Below, one piece after another: positions 1-14,480 of a stretch of 64,000 nt of DNA. The translations under genes were made by a program, and so were the position numbers. Below the pieces are notes generated by a model. The model searched no databases. It saw only the letters and a program-made list of their open reading frames with translations, and was not told where the DNA came from. Each line of letters starts with the position of its first letter. The first letter of the stretch is position 1. Source of the DNA: Eledone cirrhosa (taxonomy: Eukaryota); assembly GCA_964016885.1 (NCBI GenBank), contig OZ024746.1:44764001-44828000 (forward strand). Reading direction: 5' to 3'.

Positions 1-173
1 ATGGCGGTTTTCGTTAGGACGAGGAACGACGGGGCCTGTTTTGCAAGAAATCCAGGTCTGCTGATAAAGGGAAAGACATCATATGCTTACATATATGTAT
101 GTACGTATACATACTTATATTTAAGTAACAGCCGTAATAAGAGTGATAAATGAAATTTTGTTTCATTTTTTCC

Positions 174-857
<684 letters not shown>

Positions 858-1169
858 TCTTCTGGTTTTTACCAATATAGAGAGAGTCGGTTTCTAACAC
901 AGACACAAGACTCTCTCATTGGAATTTACACAACATCAACTAGGTAGATATGTATGTATGCATGCATGTGTAGATATGGATGTTATTTTATGTGTGGATG
1001 TGGATGTTTTGAGTTACGTGTATGTGCTTTGATCTGTACATGAATATATGCAGTGATTAGATACAAAACTTGTATGTATGTATGTATATATGTATGTATG
1101 TATGTATGTATGAATGTATGTATGTATGTATGTATGTATGTATGTATGTATGTATGTATGTATATATTT

Positions 1170-1771
1170 ATGTCAGGTCATCAGTTGGTGCTACTGGTAA
1201 CATGTATCCCAGTACAACCTGTCTCATGGTCGGGTCATAGTCGACTAAACTGGCAACCCCACCAAGGTTTCTTGGTGAGGAGGGTGACTTTGGACATCCT
1301 GCAGGACTAAAAACAAAACCTGTCAAAGGGCAAAGGAGCTCTTAAGAGTCAATGGCCATCCAAAATCACAGGGAGAGATGACCCCTTAGCCTTTGTCAAG
1401 GCAGAATTCTAGGAGAAGGCAAACTCTGATACAACACCTGCAACCCTGATGGTATCCAATGATGTTGACTTGTTCTTCTTTTTGGTAAATATCATCTAGG
1501 TTAAGAGAGTGGGACTGGCTTTGTGCAGTGCCTTTGCTCACTATAAAAGCTTCACGGCATAGGCATTGCTTTATATCTGGAAATCTCTCTGTACTTGTCG
1601 TCACATGGTACCATGGACCCAGCACTATATGTCAATAATTGTCACAAGTGTAGTGTTTGTACCAGAGTTTTCAAGTCGCTGGCTGGACTAAAAAGTCACA
1701 CTCGTTCAGCGCATCTCCTACATGGATATAAAGTAGTGGCCGTACTCGAAAACGAGTTGGCAGCCACCATA
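1170..1771 (+). mobile_element. Internally deleted, non-autonomous RTE LINE derivative
   Basis: HKCSVCTRVFKSLAGLKSHTRS matches the last zinc finger of the RTE at 32600-32670 (CRLCARHFRSLAGLKSHIRS). The 3' end tggccgtactcgaaaacgagttggcagccaccat resembles 33367-33402. Flanked by (TATG)n. Confidence 0.65.
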
Positions 1772-2565
1772 TATGTATGTAATAATCAATTTAAATAATA
1801 ATCAAAGACTCTTTAATCTTTCAAACATTGAATAACTAACGTTCGTTTCATCCTAGCACAAGGCAGTAAACATCGGAGTTTATCCAAAAGTTAAACACAA
1901 ACATAGGATCAAAACTTTGCTTCAAGAACATTTGGAAGATACATATTATAAGAGGTTAGATTAGAGTAATCATTAATATTTATATAAGGTAACTGAGGCG
2001 GAAAACATATGAAAAATAGGCAATAAAATAAAGTAAAATAAAATAAAATAAAATATATGTGGTTACAAATAAATGCAGTACATTTAAAATCATATATATT
2101 TGTGGACAATTGATGCTGAAATAGTTAGTAATAGGAAACAGAGGAAACATGCATTTCCAAATAACACTTAAGGATTTAAGCATTTTAAAAAGGTTAGATG
2201 CACGTGTAGCATAGCATAGGATTACATACAGGTGCAAGACTATAAGTTCAACTCCGATGAAAGAGAGAAAGAGAGAAAGATAGAGAGAGCCAGAGAGATG
2301 ATATACAGGCCTTCAGATTAGGGCCCAACAAAGTCCGAAAATTGATTAACGGTGATTAGTATTTTTCAATTTAAAGGGCAATTCGTATTTTCTGGCATTT
2401 TTAAATGTCAACATATTTTCAATGTATATGTTGCATGACTGATATCGATTCTAGCCAATATCTCTCCCTCTCTCTCTATCTCTCACACACACACACTCTC
2501 CCCCCTCTCTCTCACACACTCACTCACTTTCTCTATATGTATATACATACATATATATCTATCTA

Positions 2566-2600
<35 letters not shown>

Positions 2601-2602
<2 letters not shown>

Positions 2603-2951
2603 CGAAGGAAATGTGGTAAGGAACCAGATGGACCATAACGCACCAAAGTACTCAATACTTAGGGTAATAGGAACAAGCAGGACCCCGACGGCTGAGCTCA
2701 AGCCGTTTCGACGGCTAATTCTGGACTAAATGAAAATGTTTAGCCTGGTAAATGAATAGCCGAACTTCTCAGGGGGTAATTCCATATATGGTAAAAGTGA
2801 TTGTCACAAGGATTGGTCAAAATCACTTTTACCATATATGGAATTACCCCCTGAGAAGTTCGGGTATTCATTTACCAGGCTAAACATTTTCATTTAGTCC
2901 AAAATTAGCCATCGAAACGGCTTGAGCTCAGCCGTCGGAGTCCTACTTGTT

Positions 2952-2956
<5 letters not shown>
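2601..2956 (-). mobile_element. Fold-back mini-element, family A, inserted in (TA)n
   Basis: Inverted arms 2667-2802 and 2821-2956 plus a ~65-nt unpaired tail. Homologous to 16529-16728 and 19061-19268. Confidence 0.85.
2682..2777 (-). ncRNA. Type I hammerhead-like motif with variant core CUGAGAA (mirror copy 2846-2941, + strand)
   Basis: Stem I ACCCC/GGGGU; CUGAGAA; long stem II CGGCUA/UAGCCG; GAAA; stem III CGGC-uugagcuca-GCCG; GUC site. The C3-A8 mismatch is non-canonical. Confidence 0.6.
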
Positions 2957-3001
<45 letters not shown>

Positions 3002-3002
<1 letters not shown>

Positions 3003-5488
3003 TACCAGAAGTACCCGGCGTTGCCCGGATGTAAGTCGACCTTTGGTCTGTTAGAATGTGTGAAAGTTACTTCCCGCGCATCACAGGTTCAAAACTTCGA
3101 ACTTCAATGAAAAAAAATAGGTGAGTAGACAGAGGTGTGTAATTTATTAATTGTAGTTACACAGTGTATCGTTGAAATTGTTCTCTGCACGACTGACGGA
3201 AGTCAAAATCGCTTGTTATTGAATGTTAAGTTAATTTAAAGCAGGGTGAAAATGTCGATTACTTTCAGGGGTTTTTTTTTTTACAATTTTTGCGCTCACA
3301 TGTGCAAAAGAAGAATTAAAAGGGCTTTTATCTTAACCGCGGCATAATAGCGAGTCTTTTGTGACAATTTTCAAGAATATAGGACGGTCCTGTAAAAAGT
3401 TTTCCCATGTGTAACTTTGCCTTGTTGTTTTGCGCAAAGTCGAGCCCCGCTTCAGTTTTATTGATTTTTTACATCAATGCGTGATCTCTGAAGTAGATTT
3501 GAGTAGCTAAAAACCTGTCCCGGTAAATTTGCTATAGGTGAAAAAAAGTTGATCAAAATTGTATCTAGGGTTATTGCGCTTTGCCACAGCCTCAAGCCTC
3601 GTCTGACGGGATGTTGGTGATTCCTCCGTCAGCGCTTGTTGGCGACGAAGGCGAACATCAGCAAGCCTTGTCGTACGTGATGTTGGTGACTCAACCAGCC
3701 GTGAAAGACGTCTATCAGCGAGTCGAGATTCGCGCTCAGCAGGTGTTTCCTAGAGAAAATTAATTAATTCTACTGGTTAGCTAAGCCAATGGCAGTGTCA
3801 ATAGTAAATGAGAAAAGTCTAACATGAACAAAAGGGAATCAAGGTAAGACAATAAATTTAATATAACTACGATTAGAATGTTGTAGTTGCTTAAAAGTGG
3901 TGACAGTTAGGATAAACGCAGGATAAACATTAAGGGAGAATATTGCATAAAGGATTAATCAATTGTGAATGAACTCATACCTGAGAACGCCTAATTCGTT
4001 GTCTCAAAGCAGTAGCTGTACCTTTTTTGGAGGTAAGTCTTGAACGTTTCCGTGTGGGCATAACGACGTGTAACGAAGCTGTTAGGTTAGAGAGAGGTGA
4101 TTAAATACAGAGAGAGATGACACCAGATTCGTTAGCATGGTTACTGGTGAATGGGAAGGTTTGGAAATATGATTACAATAACTTACCGAATTTTCCCGTC
4201 TATAAATTGCACATAAAATAATTAAATTTAATCAAAAAACAGCCCTGCGCTTTATACTCCGGTGAGTCTTATGTATAAATAATACAATGGTAATCAATCA
4301 CGGCTCTAACAGAAGTAATAGATCTAGACTAAAAGTAAAGAAGATAGCATTTTCCTGGTTGGCCTTACACGCCACTGCGCGGACCTGATTTTAAATGATA
4401 CGCCTTATATCCTGGTGAGCCTTATAGAGCGGAAAATATCTGTTAGAAAAGAATACGAATTCATGACCAAGGTGTGACAAAATAGGCGTCTATACAGCGC
4501 CTGAAACAAACTTGTCCAAAAGCCTAGGATTTTTCTCGTTAAGTATCCACCCAAAAGGAACCGTTTTTTAGTTACAAAAAATAACCAAAGTGTATAGTAG
4601 CTATATTTCTGACATATCATGCCAAAAAGAACAATATATTCAAAAAATGTTCTAAAGTACATTCAATCTCTCTTTTTGACCGATATCTTAATAAGCAAGT
4701 TATCGATTTTTTATTGGCTGTCAGTGTCTATCTGCATGCAGGTGTGCACGTGTGCGCAATTAATTGCAAATACGCTCATAATATTTAGTCGTAAGCAGAA
4801 CAAAAATGCCATTAGAGGTGGGCTAATAATGAAGACACAAACCCTGGTGAACTTACATTTAAACACCCGAAAAGTTACTCATTTCCTGTGCCAAAGACTG
4901 TATTATAAATTAAGTAATTTTTTAGAATCTTTTGTTTAAAAAAGGAAAACATTGGTACGACGTAAATTTTTTTACTTGTATTGTATGTGTACAATACAAC
5001 TTGGTCAACGTATTATTTAGTAATTTAAAAAAAAAAGCATGATTATTTAAGACTGTTTGAAAATTTACTCACAGCTTTTAGGTTCACAAAAGACACCATT
5101 AAATTTGGTTCCCTTTTCAGATAGGGATAATACTGTATTTCCACTTGAATAAGGTGGAATATGAAAAGATAAACTCTTTAATGGTCGGTCGTTTACTGAA
5201 ACAGCTGGGAAGACATGCAGCTGGCCATCCAATCAATAAAGCACGTCCTTATATGGGCATATGAAATTTATTTTTATTGCGCCAGATGTAAACTAAGAGT
5301 TCTTGTGTTCGAATTCACATAAAATTTCATTGGAATCGAAAAACATTCTGTCATAGGGCCCGGTTATCGATTTTTCGAAAATTTCAAGTAGCCTATTCCT
5401 GTGTGAGGTTTCATGAAAATTGGATGAACGGTGTAGCATGCAGGTTCGGTACACCAAACAATGTCCATCTTCCCTTTATATATATAGA
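3002..5488 (-). mobile_element. Helitron-like element, internally deleted
   Basis: The minus strand begins A|TCTATATATATAAAG and ends in the GC hairpin ccgggcaacgccggg followed by GTAG|T. It contains RepHel-like N-terminal exons. Confidence 0.7.
3550..4061 (-). pseudogene. Spliced 5' fragment of a Helitron RepHel-like protein with STPR-like E[ST]PxxRxxRL repeats
   Basis: Exon 1 (4061-3981) MPTRKRSRLTSKKGTATALRQRIRRSQ with donor CAG|GTATGA. Phase-0 intron 3980-3750 ending ttttctctag. Exon 2 ETPAERESRLADRRLSRLVESPTSRTTRLADVRLRRQQALTEESPTSRQTRL. Confidence 0.6.
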
Positions 5489-5601
5489 TATAATTTAGGG
5501 CGGCCGACCGGGATAGAAGCTGCTAAATGTTCGGTCGCCCTCATGTCTCTGATTTTCAGCCCCATGGATTTTGTCTATTATATTCCTTTGTTATATTTCG
5601 A

Positions 5602-5659
5602 ATACCTGATGATGTCACCGGATTCATACTGAAACAGGTCATTGAAATAATCATAGTAT
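5602..5659 (+). ncRNA. Degenerate type I hammerhead ribozyme
   Basis: AUAC-CUGAUGA-ugucacc..gguca-uu-GAAA-uaauc-AUA-GUAU. Stem II base has the same layout as the HHR at 20005. Confidence 0.5.
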
Positions 5660-6176
5660 AATAAACCTTTTAAGGAATTACACCAGTCCAGCCTCCTGTT
5701 ATTTTATAATAATCAACTCCGTACTCGCACCACCAACTACACAAACGAAGACGGGTGAATTGCATTACGTTGAGTGCTCTCCATAATATTACATCGAGGT
5801 TGACCATACGGAATGACCAGTTCTATCCAGTGGTGAACCAACAAACCTAAATAAATATATACATATATATATATGTATACATGAATGAAATATTGTGGGA
5901 TAACGAATATGCGCAAGGAACATCTAACTACCAGATTTGTGTCTCAGAGAACAAATACTTTGCTTTTTGAAGCAGTTCCTAATCCCACATATAGATATTC
6001 GTGGATGACACACCGATTTCCCAAATCCAGTATTCAACCATATAGCACTGCTTCTGCATTTACTGCCCCGTAATAGGAACTGAAATCAGCACATTTGTCG
6101 CTTCGACTCTCTGTCTCTCTCCTGTCTCCCTCAGAATTTCCCTCTCTCTCTATCTCTCTTTACACACACACATATG

Positions 6177-6210
<34 letters not shown>

Positions 6211-6213
<3 letters not shown>

Positions 6214-6283
6214 ATAATAATAAATTCGAAGACTAAAATCCAAAGATACTTTGCTTAAACTTTAATCTGTTATTTTAATAAAT
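6211..6283. mobile_element. Ultra-short inverted remnant of the Penelope family at 13463/44288
   Basis: gtaataataataaattcgaagactaaaatccaaaga (matches the terminus at 44288) fused to ctttgcttaaactttaatctgttattttaataaat (matches 46646-46679). Inserted in (TA)n. Confidence 0.8.
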
Positions 6284-6355
6284 ATATATATATACATATA
6301 TTTATATATATATATATATGCGTGTATATATATATATATATACAAATCGTCCTTG

Positions 6356-6417
<62 letters not shown>

Positions 6418-7419
6418 CATGGACGATTCGTTAAGCCTTCATCACGTTTATTGATTGGTAATGCGCGTTTCGCTATTGATCAGCTCAAGGTTCGATCCGT
6501 ATCGGTCTGGTCCGACTCTGGAATCAAAAGCTCGTCGGACCTCTTCTGTTGTAATGACAGAAGTAACATATAAAGCATAGAAATATCTAACATTTCGCGT
6601 TCATATGGTTGTCAGTTTATGTTGTTTTGATGGTGGTTTAGCAATGAGGAATGTTTTGGCATGTGTGATAGGTGGGGGGATAATCATAGTGATGCGGGGG
6701 TGGTGGGGGAGTAATGGTTGATGTGAGTTGCGGGGTGCGGTGCTTTGGCTTGCCATAGACATGTCGGCGTGTACGTGGTGAGGTGGAGGTGCTGTGTGCG
6801 TTTTGGATGTAGTAGGGCTCTGCTACATGAACATGCGGGGTGTTGTATTAGGGGTAGGGGAGTTTCTGCTAGTCACCAGTTTGTCGCGGAAGAGTGAGTG
6901 GGTATAGGGAGATAGGTACTAGGTTGGCGTGGGGCTTATTTGTAAGTTGTTTAGTGATCGTTAAAGGGGATTTGCGCTATAAAGAATTAATGAAGTGATG
7001 AAAATGGTATGAGATTAGTGTATGAACATATATATATCAAGGATTAATGAAATGAAGGATTATGGTATGAGGTTAATGTTTGAAAAGACTATAAGACTAT
7101 AAAGGAATTTTCAAAAATTCCTTAAATAGCACTTTAAAAAAATGAAACATGATCTTGATAAAAATGATGTTGATGATTACAATAGTCTCTAATTTAGGTG
7201 CAAGATAAGACATTTAGGCCGAAAAAACTATTGAATCAACTCAAGTACTAGCACCTTAACTTATCGACCTCGTAAGGTTAAATCGAAAATCTGATCTCAT
7301 CGCGATTTGATGTCAGGAAGATGAAAGTTAAATTTGACTTCGGCAGGATTTGACCTCAAAAGGTTTAGACCCGAAACATATGGTGCAAAGTATTTTAATG
7401 TACGTTCTCACGATTCTGC

Positions 7420-7606
7420 CATAATAATTGTTTCGACTTTAGGCACAAAGCCAGCAATTACCCAGTGCATTACTGGTACTTTATTTTATCGACCCCGTAA
7501 GGATGAAAGACAAAGTCAACCTCGGCGAGATTTGAACTCAGATCGTAAAGGGACATAACTATGCTGGAAAGCATGGCGTCCGACCCTCTACCGATACTGC
7601 CAATCA
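7420..7606 (-). mobile_element. tRNA-derived SINE, with older degenerate copies at 7187-7420
   Basis: Reverse complement of the SINE at 61278-61462. Confidence 0.85.
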
Positions 7607-9679
7607 TAATAATGTATGACAATAATAAATTTCAAACCTAAATAACAACATAAGAATTAGAAAAAAGATTTAATATTATTTAGCATACGATCATGTGACA
7701 TAGACAAAATGTTTGAATTGATAACTTACAAGTAACAAATTGATAAAAGTAATACAATACAAAATATTCACAATAAATGACCAACAGCGGAAAAAAATGA
7801 AGCAATACTCTTGAATAATCTCATACAATAAAACAAAACAGAATAATAAAAAAGAATCTACTGATGGAAAATTACAAAATTTAATAGGAAAAAGAAAGCC
7901 AGTCAAAAACGAATTAAATGAAAACAAAACTGAATACTGAAACAAAATCATTTCTGAAAGAAAGAAATACAACAGAAATTAAATCTAAAACGGACCCAAC
8001 AACAGTGCATATACAAAAGTAATATAATTCTTTGTAGGATCGTGACAAAGAAAACGAATCTGAAAGTTACTCATCAGAATATTATCTGAAAATGTTTGAG
8101 TTAGCATTTGCTTGCACTTCATGCTCACATGCTTAATTGTCAATGAAGCATTTATCAATCTTTCAGATATAAATATATACTTAACCCAAATTCAACTTTA
8201 TTTTACAATTTTTCACAAATAGAGAAAGAAAATAGAATTTCTGATTAATTTCTATATTATTATCTTACTGAAATGTAAACAATCGATAACATGTTCTAAC
8301 GTAAGCCAATAAAAAATGCAGTTCTAATCTGTGAAGAAGAATGACCTAATGAATTCCACATGAGTCGATCATTGATATATTATTATATGACTTTCAGTCA
8401 GAGAAAAGTGTGCTGATACACGTTGAGTAAACTAATTGTCTCTCGCACCTTTTATTGTCTCCAATGATATTGCTTTTATTAGTGGTGTCAATATAAATCA
8501 TGACAGAAATACTCATGATATTTCAGACAATTTATTAAAAAAGAATCGCATGTGTTAACTCAAAACCCAGGGATAATTGTTTGAATATTTCTCTGTATAT
8601 CTATAATCAAGTTTTTGAATCCAGAACTGAAAGAATGGCATCAAATTGTTGTGGATTCGATTCGTAAGCAAGCTGATACACATTGAATTTTGAGATATAT
8701 GTGTCGGAATTAAAATGCAATGCATTTGAAAGATTGTGGTCAGCTAGGCAACAATCCAACGTCTAAAAATAATAAAAGTTCAAAAAATAAGATGACCAAA
8801 ATTCTAATACAAGACATAAATCCATACAACGTCTGAATAAATATAAAGTAACAGTATTACATTACATATGACACTGGATATCATTTAAATCTAAAATATT
8901 CGGAATTCTTATTTAATTCTCCAAATCAATATAGCTATAGTTTTTCTCCACGGAATAAAAGATATGTAAATATGAAGGCCTGATAATGTTTCTAATATCC
9001 ACAAGCATCATCAAATGAAGTAATATTTTTGCACACATTTCTTGCACACATTTTAGACTGCCTTAGCCCAATTTCATACACTGCACTTGCATCAATTGTA
9101 ATTACATGGATATCATTATTTCATTGGATTGCAATATTGAATACTTTGCTCAATATTTGTCTTCTAATGAGTCTTAATATATTCGCACAATGTTAAAGAT
9201 TCCACCAAAAGAAAGATGAAAAACGACAGTATCCACACGTAGTGAGAATGATAAAGTGAAGTAAGAGGGGTATTAGAAAGACAAAACTACTTCCTCTGTT
9301 GAAAAGGATTGAAAGTAATTATCTCCAACAAACTCAATGTCTCGTTAAGTCAGAAAACGATATCAACAAATACATTAGACAAAATTGGGCAAATTTCAAA
9401 TACTTGGCTAAGAATAGTACCTAGATATTAGAGGTTATTTACTACTTAAGGAAATTCGTGAGGAAGCAAAGTGGAACAAAATTACCGCCTGTGGCGAAAT
9501 AAGACGACAAATGGACAGTATAATATGATCGAATGTAGGAAGAAGTATTTAAATAAATAACCGAATAACAATAACTCATCAGGAAAACATTAAACGAAAA
9601 ATTCTAAAGAACTTGGACAAAGATGAATCTCTCTCCCTCTCACATTCTTTATATATATGTGTGTGTAGTGTGTGTATTT

Positions 9680-9681
<2 letters not shown>

Positions 9682-9725
<44 letters not shown>

Positions 9726-9732
9726 ACACACG

Positions 9733-9824
<92 letters not shown>

Positions 9825-9870
9825 TATATATACATACATACATACATACATACATACATACATACATACA

Positions 9871-9902
<32 letters not shown>
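9682..9902. repeat. Compound (CA)n(TA)n(CATA)n microsatellite
   Basis: Directly visible. Confidence 0.97.
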
Positions 9903-9903
<1 letters not shown>

Positions 9904-9979
9904 GTGTTTGTGTGTGTGTTTGTAACTGTGTGTGTGTCCAAGAGAACATAACGGTGAATAACAGTGAATACAGAATAAA

Positions 9980-11900
9980 TAGCCCCAGCTGCTGGATTGT
10001 AGTGTAATAAGGAAAATGCTGTAGTTATTTTCTGGTTAATGACATTTCTTCTGCCCCACTTGGTAACACAGCCAACGTTGCATTTTCTCTGGAAATAATT
10101 TTGACTCCTTTCCTACCAGTGAACTTGCCTCTCACTGTGTCTCTACCGACAAATTAATTGTGATTATTTCCGTATTTTTCTCCTTGATACCCAAATAGAG
10201 ATATGTTTATCTCTTTCCGTTAACAAATATGCCTCTGACGTTGCATCATAAACCCAGGCTAGCATTGATGTTTACAATTTTCATCGGCGATACTTTAGTT
10301 TTATCCTGCCTGTACCTCCGCTATTACTCATAGAAACCACTTTTTCCAACTTTATTTGTAAGATCTCATTACATGTCTTTATCATACATTAGGAAGTGTT
10401 GTTAGAAAGCTCTCGAAGGTGTTAGATCTCAACATATAGAAGTAACCAAACAAATCTCGTTTTCCTTTTTAGACAGCTCTCTGGACTTTCAGCAAATTCG
10501 TAACTAATAAATACTTTAACAAATGCGATGCCGAGTTTTCCTTACCAAACAGGTGGGCATCGACTTGTTTTAAAAACGTCTAGGCGAACTGTAACCTCTT
10601 AGATTTTGTCCAATCATTATTTCTATCGTTAGGGAGATATTTGAGTCTTTAAAAATGAGTTGTTCTTTTGCACTCTGAACCAATCTGTTTGTTTTCTAAT
10701 ACATTTTATAGATTCCGAAATTTGCGCTCTGGGTATAGTAGCACTTGCTATCTGAAAAGTATGTGAAAGGCCTGGACATGCTGGATATCTCCATAAGCTG
10801 AGTTACTATGGATTATCTGGGTTTATGGATTATTCTTGAATCATTATTGGATGAACATAGTACTAAAGTTGCTTTAAACGGCTATCATTTGTTCTACTTA
10901 TTCTGCATCATCTGTTGGTTTCCAGTGTTTTGTTCTTTGTCCGAACTTTAGATTTTATTTATGATATTCTTATTGATATGTTAACTTGTCTATTCTTGAT
11001 AACTACGTTTATTGACGATGTCTGGGGTACAGTGTTGCTTAAATGACTAGTCTGATCTGCTTGGTCAAATAAAATGGTTGATTCGCTTAAGCTCCATATC
11101 TGTTTAGTCAGTGACTGAGGTGCTCAGTTTTTAGTTACATGCAAACTATCAAAGCTAAGTTAACTTTCATTACCTGTTATAGGAAGACTGTTAATATTGA
11201 TCTTCCTAAACCGTCTAATATTCAGTGATTAGGATGAAAGTCTTCTATGGTTATTAATTGTAATTATTAGACTGAACTACTTTTAAATCCATTAGTTCGA
11301 AGTCATGTTCTCTATATTGAGCTCGTTATCATCTTACCCGCGAAAGTATTCTTCATCTTTATAAGACACTTATTCGATCGTGTATGGAGTATACTGGACT
11401 GAAGTATCTGGACTGTTACCTCTTCACGTATTCCTTCCCATCCTGACTGTATTCAACATTTAGATAATAACATTGGTTGGTCCTGTTTTATCTACTAAAC
11501 TTTAACATCTCTCTCATCATCAAGATATTACTTTACTATCTCTATTCTACGAATATTTCCATTGTAATTTTTCTACTGTGCGTCTTTCACTTGTTCCTTC
11601 TCTTAAGGTTAGCAATGGAGTAACTTGTCATTCTATTTACCCTTTCACTGTTGTTGTCGATTCTTGTAATAATAATTTTAAAAATTCGTTATATCTTATT
11701 TTGAACGTGTTTCACATGGAACTATATTCTTATTCTTGTTTACTAAATAGGCGAAATCTGAATCTCTTTTAATCTTCTCCGGAGCAGTTCTCGGTCTCAT
11801 GGTAGCCTCGACTTAGAAATATCTTTTCCCTTTTTCTTTCGTAAATTCTAATAATTAAGTTGTTTAGAACTTGCTACATCTACATTGAGGGTCACTTGTG
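9980..11900 (-). mobile_element. Heavily degraded N-terminal part of a Dong/R4-like LINE
   Basis: Fragmentary minus-strand peptides such as RCPPVW.RKL resemble the PPWxxRLE region of R4/Dong ORFs. No intact ORF. Confidence 0.35.
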
Positions 11901-12429
11901 CCTTGTGATTAGAGACGTCCAATAAAAGATGCAAATCACCAAGCACTCAGCCAATTGGACAGGATTCACGACAAGGTTCGTAGAGATCGCTTCTAGAAAG
12001 GCATAGTCTTCGGAGGCCTGAAACATTAGCAGATTAGTGAAAAACCACCAAACACTGCAGTGTGGGCAGATTCAATAAAACCAGGAGGATAGAAAAAATA
12101 GTGAATGAACAATTCCATAGAGATGTTGAAGTAATGACTGAGAAAAATGGTGTAAACAAAGGGTGTTACTTTAGTTCACGTGGGTCTTTCTGGTTCAAAC
12201 ACCGACTTCTCATTAACCGTATTATTCTGGTAAACTGTCAGAAAAAGTATAGAATTTGAGTACCTCTTGGATTGACTGAGAAAGCATTTGGTAATGTTCC
12301 CTGCTCAGGGAGTTTGGAAAGATTGCATGTTCTGAAAATTTTCCCAGTAATATCAAACTTACTGAAATAAAACTTGTCTGTATTGAACACAACTCTTATC
12401 ATAGTTAGACTGATAGAACTATCAATTCC

Positions 12430-13310
<881 letters not shown>

Positions 13311-13339
13311 TATATATATATATATATATACATATATAT

Positions 13340-13469
<130 letters not shown>

Positions 13470-13485
13470 TAAAATAACAGATTAA

Positions 13486-13536
13486 AGTTTAAGCAAAGAA
13501 TCGCTGCTTTCACCCGTAACGGGATCTTCTGAAACT
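13486..13536 (-). ncRNA. Pseudo-LTR hammerhead-like motif with CAGAAGA core (further copies 16350-16400 +, 44397-44447 -, 46607-46657 +)
   Basis: AGUUU/AAACU stem I; CAGAAGA; CCC/GGG stem II; GAAA; GCA/UGC stem III; CUU site. The 16350 copy has GAGA, and the 44397 copy has a damaged stem I. Confidence 0.65.
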
Positions 13537-14480
13537 AACAAAGTCAATCTGTAAACGCAGAAGTAGATATTTCAAAAAACGTTGCAACCGGAGGAAGACA
13601 GGAAGACGATACTTTGGTTCGTGGAAACGTTCGCTGGCAAAGAACGGGAAAAATCGAATAATATACGTCATTAATAGGAGCGGTGAAAAACAATTACGCG
13701 CAAAGACAGAACCACGTTTATGGTATAAAAGAGGTCGTAGACTAATGTTCTCTTAGGTGGTTCATAGAGACGTTCTCTGGCAATGAACGAAAGAAACGAA
13801 GAAAATACGTTATATGTGGAGCGTGGAGAACAATAGCACGCAAAGACAAAACCACGTAAACGGTATAGAAGAAGTCGTAGACTAAAATTCTAACTAGGAG
13901 ACTGAATGAATCTCCGCTACAGAGTTAAAAAACAAAGTAAATAAATACAATACAGAAGTAATAGGAATAAATAAATACATACACGCAAACAAATACGTAC
14001 ATACACAAGCATAAGCAAAACACTTACCATAGGTATACAAAACCACGCACATATAAATATGTGTGTGTGTGTATGCGTGTATACAAATAAATAAATAATT
14101 ATATAAACGTATATAAATAAATAAATGCGTATATAACAAGCGCACACACATACCTACATGTAATAACACGAATGTTCGGAGACGTAAGTCAACCAAAACA
14201 TGAAGTACACATATACACACACCCTACATACGTACGAACCTGCATACTCACACAGACGCAAAACTCCCGTATACACATAGCCAAACCATATGTACCAGAA
14301 TTTAAAAAAAAAAAATTTCACGCCAAAACATAAACAATCAAATATACGTACGAGAAGGTATACGTACCTTCACTAAACATACGGGTAATATATACTTACC
14401 TATGCAAATAAGTAATGGTATAAACAAAACATATACTTAGCTCCCACATCAAGACGTAAAATATCCACGTATAGATCGTA

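Noticed and set aside
1231-1325. Possible HDV-like ribozyme in the putative RTE 5'UTR (P1 GGGUCAU/GUGACUU, a CUAA motif)
   Set aside because: No convincing P3/L3/P1.1 by eye, and a simple hairpin competes. It needs a descriptor search.
6455-6545. HHR-like motif on the minus strand (CCGACGA...GAAACGCGCA)
   Set aside because: Two core mismatches and no stem I in register.
8300-9540. Possible DNA-transposase relic (NAFERLW-like peptide)
   Set aside because: One weak motif, with no ORF or termini.
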